This document shows, one piece after another, positions 39,081-44,276 of a DNA stretch of 44,276 nt (the first letter of the stretch is position 1; each line of letters starts with the position of its first letter). A model generated the notes under the pieces. That model searched no databases, was not told the DNA's origin, and saw only the letters and a list, made by a program, of their open reading frames with translations. Source of the stretch: Actinobacteria bacterium UBA7422 (lineage in GTDB: Bacteria > Actinomycetota > Actinomycetes > S36-B12); assembly GCA_002469525.1 (NCBI GenBank), contig DKME01000110.1:42796-87071 (forward strand), in the 5' to 3' direction. The translations under genes and the position numbers were made by a program.

Positions 39081-39089
39081 GGGGCGAAA

Positions 39090-39476
39090 ATGAAAAGACG
39101 TGACGTGCTAAAAGCAGGTGCTGTAACGGGAGCGTTGGCCGTGACCGGCGTAGGTGTTAGCGCCTGTGCGAGTGAAACCGCCTCCATGTCCGCGGAGTCG
39201 ATCACACTTGCTGACATTCCGGTCGGAGGTGGTGTAGTCGTGAGCGAACCTCCGGTCGTGCTCACCCAACCAACCGCAGAGGCAGTTAAGGCTTTCACGT
39301 CGATCTGTCCCCATCAAGGTTGCAAAGTCAACAATGTCTCCGATAATCAAATTTTTTGCCCCTGTCACGGATCCATTTTTTCGGGTATTGACGGCTCAGT
39401 CATTCAAGGACCGGCCACCGAAGGGCTGGCCGCGGCGTCTGTGACCGTTAGCGGAAACGATGTCAGTTTTGGCTAA
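39090..39476 (+). CDS. small Tat-exported Rieske [2Fe-2S] (lipo)protein
   Basis: The twin-arginine signal is MKRRDVLKAGAV, with a lipobox-like GVSA|C. The Rieske ligands are CPHQGC and CPCHGS. Confidence 0.85.
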   Translation: MKRRDVLKAGAVTGALAVTGVGVSACASETASMSAESITLADIPVGGGVVVSEPPVVLTQPTAEAVKAFTSICPHQGCKVNNVSDNQIFCPCHGSIFSGIDGSVIQGPATEGLAAASVTVSGNDVSFG

Positions 39477-39491
39477 GTCGAACCGACCTTA

Positions 39492-41339
39492 ATGTCAGAC
39501 CCCTCAAGCTACCGACCCGCGACGGGAACTATTCCAACGAATCCCGGCGTATACCGCTTCCGTGATCCCGAGGGTCGGGTTGTGTACGTTGGCAAGGCGA
39601 ACAATCTCCGCTCGCGCCTGAATTCGTATTTTCAAGACTTTAGCGCGCTTCACTCGCGTACCCAAAAAATGCTCACAACTGCGGCAAGTGTTGATTGGCT
39701 GACCGTTGGCAATGAAGTTGAGGCCCTTGTCCTCGAGTACTCGTGGATTAAGGAGTACTCCCCAAGATTCAATGTTCGCTTTCGTGACGACAAAACCTAT
39801 CCTTATTTAGCCATCACAATAAGTGAAGAGTATCCACGTGTAGCCGTTGTTCGGGAAGCGAAGCGAAAAGGCACGCGCTATTTTGGTCCTTACACCCAAG
39901 TGTGGGCAATTAAAGCGACGCTTGAAGAATTAGTCCGAGTTTTTCCGGTTCGTTCCTGCCGCAACGGTGTTTTCAACCAAGCGAAGAGCAGTGGACGCGC
40001 GTGCCTATTGGGCTATATAGATAAATGCAGTGCACCGTGTGTGGGACGAATTTCATATCAGGACTACGGCGTACTGGTTCAACAGTTAATTCGGTTTCTC
40101 AGTGGACAGACTCGTGAGTTCGTTGATCAAATCACCGATCAAATGAAGGCAGCGGCACTGCGAGAGGATTTCGAAGAAGCTGCGAAGTGGCGAGATCGCT
40201 TGCTGGCGCTTGAAAAAGTGCTTGAGCGGAACTCAGTTGTCTTTGAGGACTCGACCGATGCAGATCTACTTGCTTTTTCTTTTGACGAGTTGCATGTGGG
40301 AGTTCAAGTAATCCACGTTCGAGTGGGTCGAATAACAGGTGAGAGATTCTTTGTTGTTGAAAGATCGGAGGAACTCGGCGAATCTGGATATGTTGAACGC
40401 ATTCTCACCCGCGTGTACTCCGATATCGCAACCGATGGAATCCCAAAAGAAGTTCTGCTCTCGCACCTTCCTTCAAATGAGACCGCGTTAACGGCTTGGT
40501 TGTCAGGGGAGCGGGGATCAAAAGTTGACCTGCGAATCCCACGACGTGGTGACAAGCGCTCCCTCATGACCACGGCTGCTGAGAACGCTGAAAGATCGCT
40601 CACCAAAGCACGATTGGAAAAAAGCGCCGACATTACGGTGAGAACTCAGGCTCTCAATGACCTCCAGGAAGTGCTTGAACTTGCTGAACCCCCATTGCGA
40701 ATTGAATGCATTGACATTTCAACATTAGCGGGCGTTGAAACTGTCGGTTCGTTAGTTGTTTTCGAGGATGGTCTCCCAAAAAAGTCTGAATATCGCAAGT
40801 TCATCATTAAGGGCGAGCGAAAGGACGATCTTTCATCTGTCTACGAAGTCGTTCGTCGCCGATTTAGAGAGACCCCAGATTCCGAGAGTTCACGCTTTGC
40901 CTATCAACCTTCGCTCTTAGTTATTGACGGCGCTGCAGGACAAGTCAAAGCGGCGGTACGGGCGCTGCGCGATTCGGGAGTTTCAGTCCCGGTTGTTGGT
41001 CTGGCAAAGCGACTTGAAGAAGTATGGGTGGTTGATCAAGTTGATCCCATAATTTTTGCCCGCAATAGTCATGCACTCCACTTACTTCAGCGTGTGCGAG
41101 ACGAAGCGCATCGTGCCGCAATCGGTCACCACAGAAAAAGGCGAAATGCACAATCATTGACCAGCCAATTGGACGCGATCCCGGGTGTTGGACCGGTCAT
41201 GACGAAGTCTTTACTGAGTCATTTCGGATCGGTGAAAGGAATTCGGGCCGCGAGTTCAGAGGAATTGGCAGAGACACCGGGCATTGGGGAAAAGAAGGCC
41301 CAGGCAATTTGGAGCCACTTGCATCCTGAAGGTTCTTGA
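39492..41339 (+). CDS. uvrC: excinuclease ABC subunit C
   Basis: The GIY-YIG region reads PGVYRFRDPEGRVVYVGKANNLRSRL. A UVR motif FEEAAKWRDRL and a C-terminal (HhH)2 IPGVGPVMTKSLL..TPGIGEKKA are also present. Confidence 0.95.
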   Translation: MSDPSSYRPATGTIPTNPGVYRFRDPEGRVVYVGKANNLRSRLNSYFQDFSALHSRTQKMLTTAASVDWLTVGNEVEALVLEYSWIKEYSPRFNVRFRDDKTYPYLAITISEEYPRVAVVREAKRKGTRYFGPYTQVWAIKATLEELVRVFPVRSCRNGVFNQAKSSGRACLLGYIDKCSAPCVGRISYQDYGVLVQQLIRFLSGQTREFVDQITDQMKAAALREDFEEAAKWRDRLLALEKVLERNSVVFEDSTDADLLAFSFDELHVGVQVIHVRVGRITGERFFVVERSEELGESGYVERILTRVYSDIATDGIPKEVLLSHLPSNETALTAWLSGERGSKVDLRIPRRGDKRSLMTTAAENAERSLTKARLEKSADITVRTQALNDLQEVLELAEPPLRIECIDISTLAGVETVGSLVVFEDGLPKKSEYRKFIIKGERKDDLSSVYEVVRRRFRETPDSESSRFAYQPSLLVIDGAAGQVKAAVRALRDSGVSVPVVGLAKRLEEVWVVDQVDPIIFARNSHALHLLQRVRDEAHRAAIGHHRKRRNAQSLTSQLDAIPGVGPVMTKSLLSHFGSVKGIRAASSEELAETPGIGEKKAQAIWSHLHPEGS

Positions 41340-41386
41340 CACTGTGAGTAACGTGAAAGTGTGCAGACGCAGGTGAGGAGGGTGAA

Positions 41387-42277
41387 GTGCCAAGTGTGAA
41401 CTTAGAGAGTTCCGAATTAATAATTCTTACCGGCATGAGCGGAGCAGGTCGAACTACGGCCGCGCGAGCGCTTGAAGACCTTGGCTGGTTTGTCATTGAC
41501 AACATCCCACCCTCACTGCTCTTGGAAGCACTCGAATTGGCGAGTAGAAGTTCTGATATTCAGAAAGTCGCAGTAGTGGTTGATACTCGTAGCCGCTCAC
41601 TATTCGCGCAGCTAAGTTCAGTCTTGGCGGATCTTTCACCGCGGGTGGGAAGCGTCACGATTGTATTCCTTGAGGCGACCGATGAAAGTCTTGTGCGTCG
41701 CTTCGAGTCATCGCGTAGGCCACATCCATTACAAAAGGATGAGGGGGCGAGGGATCATCGAATAATTGACGGGTTGGCACGTGAGCGGGAAATACTCGGA
41801 GATATTCGAGCTGTCGCAGACCTTGTGATTGACACAACTTCATTGAATGTCCACGATCTTCGTCGTCGCATTGAAGCGGCATTTGATTCAGACGAGGAGA
41901 GTGATTTTCACATTACCGTCCTGTCTTTCGGCTTCAAATATGGGATACCGGTGGACGCTGACATGGTTGCGGACGTACGGTTTCTTCCCAACCCTTATTG
42001 GGACGAACAATTGCGTCCGCTTACGGGTCAAGACCCAGCGGTTGCGGTCAGTGTCTTGGAACGTGAAGGAGCAGGTGACTTTCTCACCCATTTCCAAGAG
42101 TTGTTGGGAACAATGCGTGAAGGGTACCTGCGGGAAGGTAAGCGACTGGTTACCGTTGCGGTGGGGTGTACGGGTGGTAAGCATCGCAGTGTCGCCATGA
42201 CTGAAAAATTGGCAAAAATGCTGCGTGAGAAGGGACTTCAGGCGACAGTTTTCCATCGGGATCTCGGCCGTGAGTAG
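41387..42277 (+). CDS. rapZ: RNase adapter protein RapZ
   Basis: The P-loop is LTGMSGAGRTTAA. The C-terminal motifs are DVRFLPNPYW and GCTGGKHRSV. Confidence 0.9.
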   Translation: MPSVNLESSELIILTGMSGAGRTTAARALEDLGWFVIDNIPPSLLLEALELASRSSDIQKVAVVVDTRSRSLFAQLSSVLADLSPRVGSVTIVFLEATDESLVRRFESSRRPHPLQKDEGARDHRIIDGLAREREILGDIRAVADLVIDTTSLNVHDLRRRIEAAFDSDEESDFHITVLSFGFKYGIPVDADMVADVRFLPNPYWDEQLRPLTGQDPAVAVSVLEREGAGDFLTHFQELLGTMREGYLREGKRLVTVAVGCTGGKHRSVAMTEKLAKMLREKGLQATVFHRDLGRE

Positions 42278-43253
42278 TGCAAATTCCCCGGCGCGAGTAG
42301 TTGCATTTGGTGGAGGCCACGGATTGTCGGCAACGTTGCGAGCGGTAACTCAGTTGTTAGCAAGTAGAGAGATTTCGGACTTGACCGCAATAGTGGGAGT
42401 GTCCGACGACGGTGGGTCTAGCGGGAGAATCAGGACTGCATTCGATGTGATTCCGCCAGGTGATTTACGCATGGCCATCTGCTCGTTACTTCCTCAAGAC
42501 GAAGTGGGAGTGGAAGTTGGGTCGATTCTTCAATACCGATTTCCTGTAGGAGCGAGCAATAGTGGTCTTGAAGGGCACGTAGTGGGCAATATTTTGTTGA
42601 CCGCGCTGTGGAACAGCGGGATGTCGGCACAGCAGGGCCTTGACTTAGTGGGGAAGTTCTTTGGAGTGCGAGGAAGGGTACTGCCTTGCAGTTCCGAGCC
42701 CATTGATCTAGTAGCCACCATTGCAGGGATAAACCCAGCAGATCCAGCAGCCAGCGCAGAGGTGAGTGGACAAGTGGGAATTGCCACAACTACTGGCGTT
42801 GTTCAGCGAATTCGAGTACAACCAAGTGCTCCAGCAGTGTGTGAAGAATCAGTTGTGGCGATCTCTGAAGCAGACCTTCTCATTTTTGGCCCGGGTTCAT
42901 GGTTCACCTCGGTCGTACCTCCACTGCTAGTTCCAGGGATACGTAAATCAGTTATCAACAGTGCTGCACACCGAGTCTTGATAACGAATCTCTCCGAGCA
43001 GATTGGTGAGACAACAGGATTCACAGTTAGTGACTATTTGTCTTCATGGAAATCATTATTCAGTGACATTAGTCTCGATGCTGTTGTGGTGGACCCGAAT
43101 CACCATGGAGACCATGACGATTTGGAAAGGGCAGCGAATCTCCTCGGGGCCAAGGTGTTTAGGATTGACGTCGCGGCCGGCGGTGCAACCCATGATCCGA
43201 ACAAGTTGGCAAATGCGCTGCGCTTGGTAGCAACGGAATTAGGGAGCAAGTAA
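42270..43253 (+). CDS. yvcK: gluconeogenesis factor YvcK / CofD-like (mycobacterial CuvA equivalent)
   Basis: I prefer the GTG at 42270 ([19 protein letters not shown]), which overlaps the rapZ end by 8 nt. The [10 protein letters not shown] motif is present. The 42225 start in the ORF track lies deeper inside rapZ. Confidence 0.85.
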   Translation: MSSANSPARVVAFGGGHGLSATLRAVTQLLASREISDLTAIVGVSDDGGSSGRIRTAFDVIPPGDLRMAICSLLPQDEVGVEVGSILQYRFPVGASNSGLEGHVVGNILLTALWNSGMSAQQGLDLVGKFFGVRGRVLPCSSEPIDLVATIAGINPADPAASAEVSGQVGIATTTGVVQRIRVQPSAPAVCEESVVAISEADLLIFGPGSWFTSVVPPLLVPGIRKSVINSAAHRVLITNLSEQIGETTGFTVSDYLSSWKSLFSDISLDAVVVDPNHHGDHDDLERAANLLGAKVFRIDVAAGGATHDPNKLANALRLVATELGSK

Positions 43254-44233
43254 TGGCAATGACCGCTGCGGTGAAAGACGAACTCAGTCGGGTCGATGTA
43301 ACTAAATCATGTTGTCGTAAAGCAGAAGTATCGACAATCCTGCGATTCGCAAGCGGGCTGCACATTATCAATCGTGCAATTGTCGTAGAAGCGGATCTTG
43401 ATACCGGTTCCGCAGCGCGGCGTTTACGCAAGGACATTTTTGATATTTATGGTCACGACAGTGAAATCGCACTCGTTCAAGGCACAGGAATCAAGAAAGG
43501 AACACGCTATCTGGTCCGTGTGGTTGTGGGTGGCGAAGCCCTAGCCCGCCAAACTGGAATCGTCGATGCGAGCGGGCGCCCAGTAAAAGGACTACCACCG
43601 GCCATTGTTGCTGGCGGAATGTGCGACTGTGAGTCAGCGTGGAGGGCGGCATTTTTAGCCCATGGTTCCCTCACTGAGCCCGGGCGGTCGTCTTCCCTTG
43701 AAATCACATGTCCAGGTCCAGAAGCAGCACTGGCACTTGTCGGTGCAGCCCGCCGACTGGGAATCACGTCGAAATCCCGTGAAGTGCGTGGAGTTGACCG
43801 CGTAGTCATACGAGACGGTGACGCAATTAGCGCCATGTTGACCAAGTTGGGTGCACACGATGCCATGATGGCGTGGGAAGAACGCAGAATGCGACGGGAA
43901 GTTCGAGCCACCGCTAATCGACTCGCAAATTTTGATGACGCGAATTTACGTCGATCGGCGCGTGCGGCCGTCGCAGCGGGAGCCCGTGTTCAGCGAGCAC
44001 TTGAAATTTTGGGTGAGGACGTCCCTGACCACTTGGTTGTTGCTGGCAGGTTACGCATGGAGCACCAACAGGCCAGCCTCGAGGAGTTAGGCGCATTGAG
44101 TGATCCCCCCATGACGAAAGACGCTATTGCCGGCCGCATTCGCCGACTCCTTGCATTGGCTGACAAAAAGGCCGAGGATTTGGGTATTCCAGACACAGAG
44201 GCGGCAGTAACAAGTTTGGAAGTTCAGCCGTAA
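43253..44233 (+). CDS. whiA: DNA-binding sporulation/cell-division regulator WhiA
   Basis: The N-terminus is [11 protein letters not shown], followed by a degenerate LAGLIDADG-like middle. The C-terminal HTH region reads [28 protein letters not shown]. The ATG overlaps the yvcK stop (TAATG). Confidence 0.9.
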   Translation: MAMTAAVKDELSRVDVTKSCCRKAEVSTILRFASGLHIINRAIVVEADLDTGSAARRLRKDIFDIYGHDSEIALVQGTGIKKGTRYLVRVVVGGEALARQTGIVDASGRPVKGLPPAIVAGGMCDCESAWRAAFLAHGSLTEPGRSSSLEITCPGPEAALALVGAARRLGITSKSREVRGVDRVVIRDGDAISAMLTKLGAHDAMMAWEERRMRREVRATANRLANFDDANLRRSARAAVAAGARVQRALEILGEDVPDHLVVAGRLRMEHQQASLEELGALSDPPMTKDAIAGRIRRLLALADKKAEDLGIPDTEAAVTSLEVQP

Positions 44234-44276
44234 CATTTTGGTAACCGCGAGTCGGGTATGTTTGCGCCATAGGCCA

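Noticed and set aside
32420-41339. Clustering of uvrB, uvrA and uvrC within about 9 kb as a possible novel repair island.
   Set aside because: As far as I recall, the same order (uvrB ... uvrA ... uvrC-rapZ-yvcK-whiA) is standard synteny in Streptomyces and other actinobacteria. The interspersed genes are housekeeping types.
1-44276. Mobile elements, prophage remnants, CRISPR arrays, toxin-antitoxin or defence-system gene sets.
   Set aside because: I found no integrase, transposase or recombinase ORF and no direct repeat of the tRNA 3' end. I also saw no spacer-repeat periodicity and no uncharacterised multi-gene cassette. Every ORF over 150 aa has a housekeeping or transporter assignment, except the single lipoprotein and the DUF349 protein.

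Overview
This is a core-genome segment of a mid-GC actinobacterium. Gene order follows conserved actinobacterial blocks: relA-ppiB-MBL-hisS-aspS, then rarA-alaS-ruvX-mltG-aroE-aroCKBQ-efp-nusB, then pdtaR ... polA-rpsA-coaE-uvrB ... uvrA ... uvrC-rapZ-yvcK-whiA. PdtaR and WhiA are the lineage markers. About 40 tightly packed CDS are present, many with 1-8 nt start/stop overlaps. There is one tRNA and a Liv-type ABC transporter locus, in which a lipoprotein binding protein is convergent with a livHMGF operon and two back-to-back intrinsic terminators separate them. I see no transposase, integrase, phage, CRISPR, toxin-antitoxin or recognisable defence genes, so I do not think the window hides a multi-gene novel system. 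The most unusual object is the single tRNA (20428-20501, minus). It has anticodon CAA (Leu) and a Leu/class-II-style D arm and A73, but only a 5-nt variable loop, so it looks like a tRNA-Leu without its long variable arm. Secondary oddities are listed below.
- A LivH permease carries a roughly 135-aa signal-peptide plus beta-rich N-terminal extension.
- The leader between the ANTAR regulator gene and the Liv binding-protein gene holds a 6-codon uORF and several hairpins.
- The EF-P loop reads PGKGG rather than the actinobacterial PGKGP.
- Several starts look leaderless.

All calls come from reading the sequence and ORF translations by eye. No searches or folding programs were run.
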